Shown piece by piece: positions 1 to 13,577 of a stretch of DNA of 64,000 bases (its first letter is position 1; the number at the start of each line of letters is the position of its first letter). The notes under the pieces are model-generated. The model made no database searches and had not been told where the DNA came from. It was given only the letters and a program-made list of their open reading frames with translations. The DNA lies in assembly GCA_964016885.1 (NCBI GenBank), contig OZ024741.1, positions 35,836,001 through 35,900,000 of the forward strand, given 5' to 3'. The DNA comes from Eledone cirrhosa (taxonomy: Eukaryota). The position numbers and the translations under genes are program-made.

Positions 1-1641
1 TCAACCCTGGAGCATAGCACAACATGAAAGAATTCATCAAGCCTATTTTAAGATAATATATCTTACACTTACTGATCAAATCAACTTATTTTACAGGAAC
101 ATATTGATCTGGAAGTTAGGCACATGTACTTATTCATCTTCAGTACTTTCAATTAAGAAACTTAATTTTTAACTGCAATCAAACAGTGCAGGCATAGTTG
201 TGTAGTTAAAGAGTTTGCATTGCAATATGGGGTTTTAGGTTCAGTTTCATTGCTTGGCACCTTGAGCAATTGTCTTCTACTCTATAGCTTTGGATTGACC
301 AATGTTTTTTTTAGGGGGGATTTGGTAGATGGAAACTGTGGAAACTCATGTGGGGTGGGAAGTGTGCAAAAAAAAGAATAAAATAATGTTTTTTTTTGTG
401 TCTTTGAAACTGTAAAGGAAGAAGTTTCAACAAGAACTATATTTGTTATAGCCCTTTGTACACCCATCTAATCAACACAGTTGCTCCTTTTGACTCTAAA
501 CTATTGCAATAGTCTACAAAGTGGATATAGGCAAGGCAATAAGTTGAACCCCTTTGATACCAAAACACCCCTAATTCTGTGGTTCCTGATACAAAAAAAT
601 CTTTATTTAAAAACGTTTATATTTATCTAAAAACTTTCCATAGTCAGTGATTTTCATTAGAAATATCTTAAATGGATTAAGCAATCCTATTTGCAATCTC
701 TTACTTCCAGGTTCAATCCCACTGCAAGGCACCTTGGCACCTTTTACCATAACCTTGAATTAACCTAAAGCCTGTGAGTAAAATTGAACATAGAGAAACC
801 ATGCATAAGCCCCAACAGATTGACTGTAGCTGCTCTTACGTAGTAGACTTAATCTTTCACTTAGTTTAACACCACCACCAGGTCCTTTGGCACAGTGGAA
901 TCAACTCTGCTGCCTACATATGGATCAGGTCTCCAACCATTCCTTTTCATCTCCTTCTCCCAACAGTCTTAGACAACTTGTAAAAACATAATTGTGCTGC
1001 CCTCTCTCCTCAGATTTAAAATTGTTTTAAATAAATAAACATTTATGCCTCAACACACCATAAATTAGAAAATGTTAAGGTAAATTTAATGTAGATATAA
1101 CTAGGTTTCTTTAATTAGAATTTAGCTGCAAAAAGAATGAAGAGTTTAAAACGTGTGTGTGGGTGGTTATATTTCAAATTAGTTATTCAACAAAAAAAAT
1201 CAATAAAATAAGTATCAGACTTGTAAAAAGATTGATTAATTGAACCAATATGATCAACTAAATCCCTTCAAAGCAGTGCCCCAGCGTGGCTGCAATTTAA
1301 CGAATAAAACTAGTAAAAGAATAAAAATAGAAAATAAAACTATAATAGACAAAAAAAATTTCATGCAAGACACTCTACTTTCACACTTTGTTATAAAACA
1401 TGGAACAGTCTAAAACTGTGGCCATTTCAAATGAACTTTTAACAATTCCTATTTTAGATTCCGGTAATTCACATTGTCTCTCAATCATCGCAATATATTA
1501 AACTCTTTTCATACCAAACTGCTAGAAACTGTCCCTGGTTCTATGACACAATAAGTAACTGTTTACTTTAAAGTGTTTATATTTATTTAGAAACCTTCCA
1601 TCATAGTTTTATCTAAGAATCTGTTTCAAATACCAGATTAA

Positions 1642-1809
1642 CCCTTTGGCATTTAAACTGGCCATATCCAGAATACATTAAGGTATTCTTCTCAAAATAA
1701 ATAACATCAAAATCTCGTAGATTTGATATTATGTGAGATAATTATGTAAAATAAACCCTTTACTGTGAAAATACAATAGTAAATATAGAGTAATGTAAAT
1801 GTTAAAGGG
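1642..1809. mobile_element. Short TTAA-flanked MITE (piggyBac-like, family A), nested in a longer TTAA MITE
   Basis: TTAA|CCCTTTGGCATTTA...TAAATGTTAAAGGG|TTAA; same family at 42177, 47465, 52460, 56543; host MITE sequence continues on both sides. Confidence 0.8.
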
Positions 1810-3581
1810 TTAATAATGAGAATGTATTACAAAATGTCTCCAAATTCTTCCTTATTCTCAAAAGTATTTGATAATCAAGTCTTTCATTAGTTAACTCATT
1901 GAAAACATAACTGAGAGATGAAGTGTCAGGAATTGGTGTTTCTTGGTCAGTATAAGTAGTAGTTATAATGATTCAACAACTCATTCTTATGACAAACAGC
2001 CCACCACCTCTGGCAACTCCAGTTAAATAACTTCCTCTCTTTCAAATATGTGCAAAATTTCTAGGTCTTCAGCTTTTGGGTATATTTTCTAGATACATTT
2101 TTCCTGTGCTTCATACATTCATATGAATGTTTATATTTCATGACAAAAAGAAATAAAAAAAAATATTATCTGCCATTATTTGTTGGAGACATGTACAATC
2201 AAATATTATTGTTTAGTTAACCCTATAACATCTATAGTTAATAATAATGTTCAACACTTTAAATATTATGTATGTTATGGAAAGAAAGTATCAAAACAAT
2301 GCTGGGAGCCCTGATGATTATATTTGAACAACATTATAGAATCATCATTGCTTTTACATCTACTTTTCCATGGTGGTATGGATTGGACAGGATTGTCTGA
2401 GACAATGTTTTACAGCCAGATGCCCTTCTTGATACCAACTCTTTCAGTCACTTCATAAAATACATAGGGATAAAGAATGAATGAAAGTGATAATAATAAA
2501 AATAATATTTGATGATAGTTGCAAAAAATATTGTTGACATTTTAGTATATATATATATAAATAACAAACACACACAGTGTTAGTGTCATGATAAAATATA
2601 CTCAAAAGCATGCAGAAATAATGTGAGATGCAGGACCCTAGGCCATCTGAAACAACAGTGGCTCTGATTGAGTGCCAACTTTGTGACTGTCTGTGACCAC
2701 CCATCCAACCCATGCTAGCAGGGAAGGGAAAATGAACATTAAATGATGAGACACACACATACTTAGGGCCTCTGTACGTCTTGTTAGACCAGAGATCTAG
2801 ACCTAGAATGTCACACAGCAGTAATCAAGTCTCTTATCATGGTGGCACCAATGTTGTCCAGTGATATCACAGGTAAACTCAGAATGTAAAGTGCCAAAAG
2901 AGATACCACAGTTATCATGTTCTTACAATTCTGCCAATTCACCACCCTAGATTTGGATAAAAGGCAAAGTTGAGCTCAGCAGAATTTGAACTGAGAGCAT
3001 AAAGAGCCAGAACAAATACTATAAAGTATTCCATCCAATGAGTCTAGCAATTTGCCCTATATATATATATGCTATAAACATCTGCTTTTCCTGCTAGTAA
3101 GGGTTGTGTGTGTCTGTGTAGATGATGATCATTGGATGAAGAAGTGCCAGAAGTTCCAATTGTAAGGAAGCTGTGGAAGAGAAATACTGAGAAAGACATG
3201 GGCAAAGGTGGTGAAAGTTGATCTCAAGAAACTACACATCAAAAAGGAAATAACAAAGGAAAGAAACATGGTGAGATGCAATACTTGAGAAAGCTCATCT
3301 AACCCATGCAAACATACTTATGTGCTATCATACCAGCATAGAAACTTTTAGCAGAAAGTAAGTTGCCAATTGTGTCTAACTGAAAAGCTGAATATTTTGT
3401 ACCAAATTTCAAAAGGATTAAATGTAAAATCTGATCTCTTGTCAACTTATAAACGGACTCCTGCATACCTATTACCTTTTAAATCACCAAAATGGATAAT
3501 ACTATAAATACTTGGAAATTGTTGTAAACTGTCTGATACAATAAACACATTCACACACACACATTTTATATATATATATAT

Positions 3582-3686
3582 CAGGGGCGAAGGGTGCGTG
3601 CATGCGTTATAGAATCTTGAGTTGATCAATTGCGTCGGTTGAAGCAAGCAGAATTTTGGCTGCTTACTAAATCGTAGACACATAAA

Positions 3687-3717
<31 letters not shown>

Positions 3718-3949
3718 TACACATACACACAAACACACGACAGCGTCAGTTGAAGCAAGCAAAATTTTGGCTGCTTGCTAAATTGTAGACACATAAAAAG
3801 ATAACACACACACACACTAGATAACACTACATGCGGCTTTGACCAGGAGGGTCATTTAGAAAGAATGGGGGGGGGGGGCTGCACAGCCTCACTTTCCGCC
3901 ATGGTGATTGGACTTCATGTCTTGCTTTCCAGGTTACCCTTCGCCACTG
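3582..3949. mobile_element. Non-autonomous hAT-like MITE inserted in (TA)n
   Basis: TIRs CAGGGGCGAAGGGT / ACCCTTCGCCACTG; flanks ATATATAT / ATATATAC resemble an 8-bp TSD; internal ~70-bp direct duplication near 3632 and 3742. Confidence 0.7.
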
Positions 3950-3983
3950 ATATATACTGTATATATATATATCTATATATTAA

Positions 3984-4036
<53 letters not shown>

Positions 4037-4499
4037 ATATATACATACATACACACACGCACACATTCTATGAAGTATATAATTGTGTAGCTTAACCTTT
4101 TAACAGTACATCAATAATTCTTAACATTTGAAAAAACATATGAAAAGGTTATTTGACAAGAGAAATTCTGTTAACATTATTGAATAAAAAAATATAGACA
4201 ACTTTAAAAACTAAAAACAGTGTTAGGGGAGAGGTGGAAATGATAGATTTTATTTATTTAGTGTTATTGTGTGTATGAGAGAGAGAATGTAGAATGTAGT
4301 TGTATGCACATTTGTATAGTTGGGTGGAAGTGAGTATGTGTGTGAGGAAGGGGAGGTCAAGAAAAACTCAAGCATCTGCACATAGAATGTTGTAATCAAG
4401 GGATTATTAAAATAAATATTTTACTATACACCCTATCATTTTTATGACTACTATGCAAGTATACAGACAGACAGACAGACACACACACATATATATATA

Positions 4500-4800
4500 T
4501 CATCACCATTCAACGTCCATTTTTCCATGCTGGTATGGGTTAGACGAGTTATCGTGTTGTGAGCAATGCTAGGTTTCTAAAGCTGAATGCCCTTCCTAAT
4601 GCCAACCTCATTTAGAGTGAGTACTGAGTGCTTTTTTTATCATGATGCCTATGACTACTTTACAGTATGAACTTGGTGCTTTTTGCTGTGACACCTACAT
4701 GACCACTTTTCAGGGTGGACTGGGTGCTTTTTGCTGTGACACCTACATGACCACTTTACAATGTGGGCTGGGCACTTTTTCCTGCGTCACCTTCACGAAT
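4500..4800 (-). mobile_element. RTE-type LINE/SINE 3' tail with 3-4 tandem 42-bp units
   Basis: Reverse complement of the GGTTGG..TTAGGAAGGGCAT.CAGC tail motif and GAT-type end; repeated GGTGCTTTTTGCTGTGACACCTACATGACCACTTT. Confidence 0.65.
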
Positions 4801-6439
4801 ATATATATATATACATTGCCATATATATAGTAGATATATATCAGGGTGGAATCAGTTTGAAACTGGTCAGACCATTACTCAACAGAGTACTCGATACTTG
4901 GGGTAGTAGAGTATGGTTATATTATGTGTCTTTATTTACATTTGCTGCTTGTTTATTATGTTCTATAATTTAGAGGCTCAACAAATAGAAATTCTTGAAA
5001 TAAGTGCCAGACTTGAAAAAAATTATGTCCTAGTGTCGCGATATGATCGACTTGGAGCTGGTGCCCCAGCATGGCCAATCTAATGGCCAAAACCAGTAAG
5101 GAAATAGAATTATGAAAGGAGGTGGAGGAAGTGAATATGTGGTTGTGAGTGAAATCTTGATATAAATTCATGTGTAGTTAAGATGGAGATATTTTACTTC
5201 CCTTAAACACTTAACAAGGAAGGATAGATCCCAGTCAGCCCAAGCTGATTAGTAACATAAGGTAATTATTTATACTTCTATTTTAGATGTTTGAAAAAAC
5301 AAAATAAAGAAAATATTGAGGTTTTGAAATACTACTATAAAAACGTTTTTCTTTTTTTTGTGTGTGTTGGAGGGGAGAGCATATTATTTCAGCAACGTAT
5401 CATTATATTCAGAATCAGAGCGCAAGGCAAGCACAGGTCAGGAATTCATATCTCTACTACATAATGAAAAAAGTATTTAGAACAGAGAATATTTGTTTGG
5501 ATAATGAGGGCTCTTAAGTAGAACACATCTTGTTATAAACACAACACAAAATGAAAAAAAAAAAACAAATAAAATCTTCCTTAACAGACATTACAAACAA
5601 ACCCTCTTTAGTATCTTGCTGAGAACCACACCTCACAAAAAAAAAGAGAGGCTTGTAGAAGATGTAAAGTAGCTAATTACAGACATGTAATATCATATGA
5701 AATGTCTGACTAGAGAGAACCAACACCCAATAAACAAGTCAGAGATAAAGTATAACATTATATATTTTCTAAATTGTTTAGTTAAATCTTATTTACTTCC
5801 CCCTGTAAATCTCACTCTCTCTCCTTTTAATGAATTAACAAAAACTATGTATACAATTCAATGTTATCTTCTTCAAAACCCTATTTTATGTAGAAAATGC
5901 TATAAATAAATAGATAAAATAAAATGTTTAAAATAAACAAATACCCAATGTAAACAAAAGATTACCTTATTATTTTTATCTCTGTTACAAAAAAGGTTGC
6001 CTTAAGTCTGGTCTGTGCAGTCACTCGGCCTACTAAAAATAGCAGCCAAGCTCCCTCAAATGGGAGGCAACCAAAACAATTGATTTAATAAAAATGAATT
6101 AAATATAGAATGTAGTGATAAATCTGGTCTTGGACAATACAATGATGACTTGACATGTTTCAGTCTTTTTAGATTTCATCAGCAAAGCATAGTTCAACCA
6201 TCATGACCAAATCTTAGAATGACTAGAGAAAAGACAGCTGGATGTCTTTCTAACACCAACCACTTTACAGAGGGCACTGGGAGCATTTTATTTCAGCACC
6301 AGCACTAGGGAGGATGTCATTCATCAACTTGACTGAAGAGCCCTCTCTGCCAAGGGAGAGGGGATGTTTTGTCCCAAGGCAGCTATGTTTAGACATGGAG
6401 AAAGTATATAATTGTTAAGAAAGCGTGAATGCAAACAAC

Positions 6440-6820
6440 CAAAATGGGGTTCCTCTGAAGGGTCTTTGAAGTAGCGTTACTCATTATAGTATGTGGTTTC
6501 GAGACAGAGAAACACTCCAGGTAGAGCCACTACTTCTCTCAATTGACAGATCACAGCTCCGATACAATAGACATGTGGTTAGAATATCTCGGGAAAGAAT
6601 CAGTAAACAGATTTTACAGGTAAAATCAACTGGCAAAAGACCCAGAGGTAGACTCCAAGCAAGATGGTTGGATTACATCAATGAGCTCGGATGGTCTTCC
6701 TTGGGGATTCAGCCAGATCAATTGGAGACAGTTGTTTCAAGCAGGACCCACTGGAAGGCATGATTGAGGACACAGCTCCCACAACCCTGCTAGGAATAAG
6801 TGAGAAGAGGAGAAGAAGAA
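6440..6820 (+). mobile_element. Decayed RTE-clade LINE 3' fragment
   Basis: ORF 6491-6763 reads QLRYNRHVVRISRERISKQIL..GKRPRGRLQARWLDYI, typical of an RTE ORF2 C-terminus; related copy at about 23700-24090. Confidence 0.7.
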
Positions 6821-6849
6821 TGTAGAGGTCACTTGATGCAGGGGGAAAT

Positions 6850-7110
6850 CAATATCATTTTTCTTTCATCATTATCATCAACAGTATCACCACCACCACT
6901 ATAATTTTCATCATTGCCACTACTAACCAATAACCTCATCACCACCACCATAACCATCAACACCATCATTATCACCACCACCATCAACATTCTCATTACC
7001 ACTACCATTGCATTTAACATCATAACCATCTCCACCACTGTCATTATCATAATTACTGTCACCACTATCACCATCACTGCCACACCCATCACTATCATAA
7101 TCATCAGTAA
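6850..7110. repeat. Degenerate (CAT/CAC)n trinucleotide low-complexity tract
   Basis: Direct reading; complementary-type tract at about 8950-9290. Confidence 0.85.
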
Positions 7111-8519
7111 ATATTCTTAGGTCATTATGTGCACCACATATGTGCCAGTTAATTTGAAATTGTTTTCTTTCCTTCAATCAATCAAGCTCTTGTAAGTGGT
7201 GCAGCCAGTCAATGGGGTGCCATTATAGACATTTGACTGTCCATCATGGTATTTCAATGGGTCTTAGAAATGCTTGTCAGTAGCCATCTTACCCACCATT
7301 CAGTCCCTCACTAAGTTTAGCCTGCCAGCAGGAGAAGTTATTGAAGTGTGGCCAAAAATGTCCCAGGGCCAAAAGTGAGAATCAGGTGAGAATCAGCTTA
7401 CTGCTATCAGAGTGGAGTTGGCTACCTGCAAGTGCAAGCCTTGTGATGTGGAGTGGCTGTTCCAGTGTGTCTCCCTTGCCATCCTCCAGGGCAATGTCTT
7501 TTCCAGTTTGTCTGCTGGGGTTATAAGGTGGAGTAACCCTCAAGTTTCATTTATGGTGGTGGCATGACGAATAAATATACTTAAACTTTAAAAAAAAGTT
7601 TAAGACTCAGCTGTCAAAACACAAAAAGGAAACTGAGGGTGCCACTGCCAAACATTACATTAAGGATTTCTCTCTCCCCAAACACCCCAGTTTTGAGATA
7701 ATATTTCTTTAAATCCTGGATAACAGCATATCTGGTATTGCATTAATGTTTCTTCAAACTACTTTAGTCTATTTTCAAAGGAACATTAGGTAATGCTGTC
7801 CAGTATTGAAGTGATATTTCTATATATCGTTTCACTTTACTTTCAAAGAGAGAGGGTAATGCTACATAAAGTTTTGAAATAATTATTCTTTAAATCTTAG
7901 ATTTTTTTCATTATGCTGATAATTCTCCATTCCACTTCTCTTTCAACACCTTAGGCTTCACTATTACGGTTTTGTTAACAATATGGAATAACAAGAAGAA
8001 ACTAGAATATTAGAGATTATTTGCCATACAAGTGAAATCATCTGAGATCATGTGTTGAAAAGTCATTTTGCCACTCAAAAAAATGCAAAAACAGTTAAAT
8101 TCACTTTGCATATATCATTCATTTTCTGGTGTAAACATTTTCACTGCAGTGGAACTGAGTCAATGATCTGGTTGCAAAACATAGAATGAAATTTTGATAC
8201 CAAGAAATAAATGATAAATGTAAAGAGAATTTAGGTTTCTGTGTATGCACATGCATGCATGTGCATGCATGTATGTGCATTTTAATGAGTAAAATGATTA
8301 TTTCACGATAGCAGAACCACTAAAGTATTTGACTAAATGCCTCACAGCATTTGTTCTGACTTCAAACCCTCTAATGGTCAATTTTACCTTTCATCCATCC
8401 GGAGTTGATCAAATAAAGTACCAGTTAACCACTGCGATCAATTATATCAAATATCCTCTTCTCTTCAAATTGCTAGCCTTGTGTCAAAAGTAGAAACTAT
8501 TACTATCATTATTAAAGGG

Positions 8520-8710
8520 AAGTGGATTGGCAGTATCGGTAGAGCGTCAGACAACATGCTTTGCAGCATAGAGTTATGGCCCTTTATGTTCTGAGTTCAA
8601 ATCCCGCCGAGGTTAAATCTGCATTTCATCCTTACGAGTTTGATAAAATAAAGCAGCAGTAATGCACTGGGGTAATTGCTGGCCTTGTGCCAAAAGTAGA
8701 AACAATCATT
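8520..8710 (+). mobile_element. tRNA-derived SINE with Nin/Deu-like core
   Basis: A-box-like TGGCAGTATCGGTAGAGC, B-box GAGTTCAAATCC, core GCATTTCATCCTTACGAGTTTGATAAAATAAAG; further copies near 8305, 25583, 28095, 46610-46890, 49690, 55620 and minus strand near 2950 and 49140. Confidence 0.7.
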
Positions 8711-9974
8711 ATTAACGTACCAGTAATGCACTGGGTGATTTAATTGACTTTACCTTCCCCCAAAATTGTTGGCCTTGTGTCTAAATCAGAATTCATTATT
8801 ATTATCATCTTCATCATAGCTCTTTATTAGTATAAAAAAGAAATTGAATTACTATCATTGTCATTGCCCAGCATCAACTGTTGTTGTCATCAACATCACC
8901 TCACTCTAAAATATATTGATTACTAATGTCAAGGCATCATCACAATGGTTGTGATGTTAGTAAAGTTAGTGGTGATAATGATGGTAGTGTTTGTAATGGT
9001 GTGGAGTGTGGTGATGGTGGTAAGGTTAGTATTGAAGGTGGCACCATTGGTCTTAAAAGTTGGTAGGTGCTTTTCATAGTGATGGTGGTGGTGATACTGC
9101 TACTGGTTGTGTTGGTAATGGTGGCAAAAATTGGTGACGAAAAGTGGTGAATGGTTGTGTTGACAATGAATTGTAGTAGCGTTGGTGATGGTGGCAAAAG
9201 GTGGTGGTGATAGTGGTAATGGTGGTGGTGAATGATTGTAGAAACAGTATTGGCAGGAATTGATGGCAATTGGTAGCAGAGGAGGAGGTGATAAAGTCAG
9301 TAGTTATATTGTTTTCTTTTATTATATCACCAGTGTTGTGTTCTGTTCTAAGTATTTGGTGGCAGTAGTGAAGTTGGCACATTACAGCTGCATATAAAAA
9401 CAAAAACAAAAAAACAAAACTTGGAAGAGGAAGCAACATTTCACAATCGCCTTAGTGTACACAGAAATGTTTCTTAGTGATAAACAAACATATAGAGAAA
9501 GTTCTACAGACAAACCACTCAACACTGGAACAGTGCCAGCTAGGAACCACAAAGACTAAAATATGTGTCAGACTCAGACTCCCTAATGGAACCAGAACAT
9601 AACATTCTGCCAAATTTGGCCATGGGGGAGGGGCCTTGAGTTATGTATATCTGTGTGTATATATATTTTATGGGGAGTAAGTAAGTACATAATTGTGGGC
9701 TTACACTGTTGTATTTTTAAATGCAAAATAATGAGTTCAATCCTTACTATTGAATTTTTTACCTACATTACTTTGGTTACCACTGCTTAACCCATTTGAT
9801 ACTAAACCATCTGAAACCACCCATGATACTACCATACAAACTATTCTAAAATAGGCTGTGTTTATCTAAAAACCTTCCATGTAAGAATATTTGTTAAGTT
9901 ATGCTCCAAACACCAGCTTCATTATGACTAAGTTATTTCATTTCATTTCATTTCATTTGAGTTTGAGTCCATGC

Positions 9975-12900
9975 TCAGGCCAAGTCGAAGACTCCACCCT
10001 CAGAGTCTGGTGTGGTTGCCAGGTTGGATTCTCTGTTTAATTTTGACATGTGTAGGAGCGATTTTGAGTCAGTTTGTGCTCGTTGTGTATATCCTGGGAG
10101 ATGGGGTTCATCTCTAATGGTGCTTAAGTATCTATCCAGCTGCAATTTGAATGATTCCACGCTGCATCCTGATAGATTTCTGACATGTACCGGAATGAAG
10201 TTGAATAGTTGTGCCCCTCGAACCAACAGACTTGACTCTCGCAGGGTTTTTGCTGCCTGGCCAGCCCTTTTGTTGATTGGTGGTAGCTGGCAGCGCCTTC
10301 CGTGGCGCAGTGAGTGGTAGGTTTTGATACCAAAGTTTGGCACCTTTTGCTCTATCATTTTCCAAATGAATATAATTCGGTATCGCTCAAATCTTCTTTC
10401 TATTGAGTACATCTTCAAGGTTTTAAGTCTTTGCCAATAGTCCAAGTCCCTCGTTTCTGAGAAGTATGAGGTAAAATTTCTTTGGAGCGATTCCATCTTA
10501 GATAGTTGGCCCTTTGTTGTTGGTGACCACAACTGAGAACAGTAGTCAATCCTCGGAAGTACCATACTGTTCCAGAGGGTTTTCATTGTTGAGGTATCTC
10601 TTGATTTGAAGGTGCGTAAGATCCACCCGCTGTATTTTCTTGCAGTAAGACAGACTGAGTGAAGGTGTTCTCTGAATTTTAGGCTGGTTCCCATGTGGAT
10701 GCCTAAATCTTTCACACACTGTTTTTCCATTATTTGTTGTCCTGATGGGTTTCTGTAGTTTGTTGTATTTTTCAGATCTTGATCTGTTCCATAGCGAATT
10801 AGTTCAAACTTCTTATCATTGAACAACATGTTGTTTGTTTCCTGCCATTTGTATATGGTGGTTAGGTCCTTTTGTAAGGCCTTTGTATCCCCCTCGTCTT
10901 TGATTTGTCTCATGACCCTGGTGTCATCAGCAAAGGATGAGACGTTGCTGGTTGTATCTTCATCTATGTCAGAGATGAGGATGAGAAACAGGATCGGGCC
11001 GAGTACTGTACCCTGAGGAACACTGCTGGTCACAGGTGATGGTGTTGAATGGGTTCCATTCACAGTGACTGAGTTCTATTTGTAAGGAACTCATGTATCC
11101 ATGTACCAACTTTTCCTCCTACTCCTAGTTTTCGAAGTTTGTGTCCCAGGATGCCATGATCTACCTTGTCAAATGCCTTGGCAAAGTCGAGGTAAATAAC
11201 ATCTGTGTTGTATCCATTCTCTAGATTTTCTAGGATTTGGTCATGGTGTGCCAGTAGTTGGGAAAGACATGATCTACCTAACCTGAATCCATGCTGATTG
11301 CAATTCATCAGATTGTTGGATTCCAGGAACTCAACCAGTTTTCCACGAACTATTCTTTCGAAGACCTTGATAATGTGTGATGTCAGTGAGATTGGTCGAT
11401 AGTTCTTTGGTTTTGATTTGCTGTCCCTTTTATGTATTGGAGTTATGTGTGCTTCTTTATATGTATTTGGTATTTTGCCATTCTCCATAGATTCCTTCCA
11501 TATCATGTAAAGGGGTTTCAACAATTGTACCTTGCAGTTTTTAAGTATCATGGCATTGAAACCATCAGGCCCCGCAGCCGAGTGCATGGAGAGCTTGTCT
11601 ATGGCTCTTTCTATGTCTTCTGGGTTGAAATCAATGTCGGATAGGGTAGGTTTAGTATGGTCGATATCCTTAAAGAATTCTCCTGGGTCATGGATCTTCA
11701 TGGTTTTAGATGGCTCACTGAAGACACTTTCATACTGTTGACCCAACATTTCTGCCATTTCAATAGGGTTATTCACTACATCCCCATTTTGTCTCTGGAG
11801 AGGTCCTATTGTTGACTTGGTATTCGAGTATTTCTTTGCAAAACTGTAGAAACATTTTGGATTTTTCTTGATGTTTTCTATGGCTCTCTTTTCTGCATTG
11901 TTACGTTCTTCATCATAGTGTTGTTTTAGATTGTCTTCTAATCTGTATATTTGGTCAAGGACTTTCTGTAGTTCATGTTTTGATGTCAGCTTAGATGTTT
12001 TGTTTCTTAGTCTTGACCTTTTGCGCATCAGGATCTTTCGCTCCCGTGGTACAGGTTTTTTTGTGGATTTGGTTTTCTTAAGAGGAATATTTTTGGCACA
12101 TATTTCTTCGATCTTGTTTAAGAATTTCTTGTGTTTATCTGGCCCAGTAAGGTAGAGATCCCAGTCAATGATTTGTAACTGGTTGTTAATAGTTTCCCAA
12201 TTTGCCTGGTGATAATCATACCTGCATAGCTTTGGCATGTCCTTTTGTTTAAGAGTTGTGGCATTGGGCTCATTACCAATGTGTAAATGCATTTCAATAA
12301 TATTGTGGTCTGAAAAGATTGTTGGGGTTGAGTGAAGGTCAAATAGCGTGTCCTCGTTGTTGGTGAAAACCAAGTTGATCGTATTATTATTTCTAGTTGC
12401 TTCTGTCATCATTTGTTTGAGGTATAATTTCTCTGTGACTTCCAACAGTTTGGCTGCCTGTATTTGTTCAGCTTTTGTCCCCAGTTTTAGTATGTGTCCA
12501 TGTGGTCAGATGATGTTAGGGAAGTTGAAGTCACCAAAGAGGATAATGTCTGGCATTGGACTCGCCATGTTTCCCAGAATTTGTTGGAGCTTTGTCAGTG
12601 GCTCAGTGAAGGATAATGTTGGGCTGTTTGGCGGTCTGTACATTATTGTTACAACTGTATTAAGTTGGATGATTTTTATGCACAGCAGGTTGCAGTAGGC
12701 ATTTGATTCATTGAAAAGTTCTATGCATGCATAGGTATCATGGATATACATGATAACGCCCTCATGGGATCTACCTTGTCTATCACATCTGAAGATGTTG
12801 AATCCATTGATTGAGATTTCGCTGTTGCGGATGTTTTCGTTGAGATGACTTTCAGTAATTCCAATTATTTTGGAGTTGTTTTCTGTTGCTAATTCTTCCA

Positions 12901-13177
12901 ACAAAGGGACTTTACACTGTTTTGTTTTCGGATAAAGACTCTGGATATTTGCCGTTATTATGTTTGTTGTACCGGATACATCTGCCCTATTGTTGGCAAG
13001 ACTGTTGTAGTTGCTGGGACTGTGCTGACTGGATATTCGGTCTGCTGGGCTGTCTGTATTTGTTGCATGTGCCCTGTAAGTCCAGGTGTCAGCCTTTGTA
13101 TCAATGTTGCCTGGTTTTGCTGAGTCATCTGTATGGAGTACAGCTGTTGTTGTAGTTGGTAGATTATGCCTAAAAAA
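9975..13177 (-). pseudogene. LINE ORF2 (AP endonuclease + reverse transcriptase) with one in-frame stop and one frameshift
   Basis: Frame open from 13177 into the APE domain; TGA at 12506-12508 (probable TGG Trp) with the same frame resuming into ORF 11060-12445; frameshift at about 11062 into ORF 9975-11063. Confidence 0.88.
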
Positions 13178-13228
13178 CTGCTTTCATTCATTACTGTATC
13201 GAATTTCTGCGAGTTTGGGTTTGTTATA
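12958..13228 (-). pseudogene. LINE ORF1 C-terminal remnant (Q/T-rich)
   Basis: ...ESSFLGIIYQLQQQ...QQT* lies upstream of and overlaps the ORF2 frame; the track's start at 13287 falls in flanking MITE sequence. Confidence 0.65.
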
Positions 13229-13577
13229 TTCCTAATTTCCTTCAAAATCTTTATTTTCAAAATGAATTGAAACTCATAGGGAAACAAAAAGGTTAAATTA
13301 ATCTATGGAACAAGAACAATTGATCAAATGAAACTTTCACTCAATATTTCTAAACAGGTGCAAGCATGGCTGCAGGGGATTAAGAAGTTTGTTTCACGAT
13401 GATATGGCTTCTTTGCTTGAATACCTTGCATGTGATATTTGGTAAACAGAAACTATGCAAAAGTTTGATGTGCATATATATATATGTAGAAGTTCTATTT
13501 AAATTGTTGGGATACAACAAGCAAATATTTTTATAACTGATATAAAGCACTCAACAAATTATTGGAGTAAAAATACG

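Larger units (their letters stand above)
9936..13228 (-). mobile_element. 5'-truncated non-LTR retrotransposon (CR1/L2 group) with APE + RT ORF2, ORF1 C-terminus and (TGAAA)n tail
   Basis: APE motifs (GITESHL, YRPPN, GDFNFP, SDH), RT motifs (YRPISLTS, YLDFAKAFDKV, VPQGTVLGP, FADD, KDLG); tail (TTTCA)n at about 9936-9958; interrupts a TTAA MITE whose halves lie at about 9789-9935 and 13229-13296. Confidence 0.93.

Noticed and set aside
6332-6366. CTGAAGAG followed by a hairpin, as a hammerhead candidate
   Set aside because: No GAAA box after the stem
12506-12508. Recoded UGA (Sec or readthrough) in the LINE APE domain
   Set aside because: Position fits a Trp (NIxW), so a TGG-to-TGA mutation is simpler; the copy also has a frameshift
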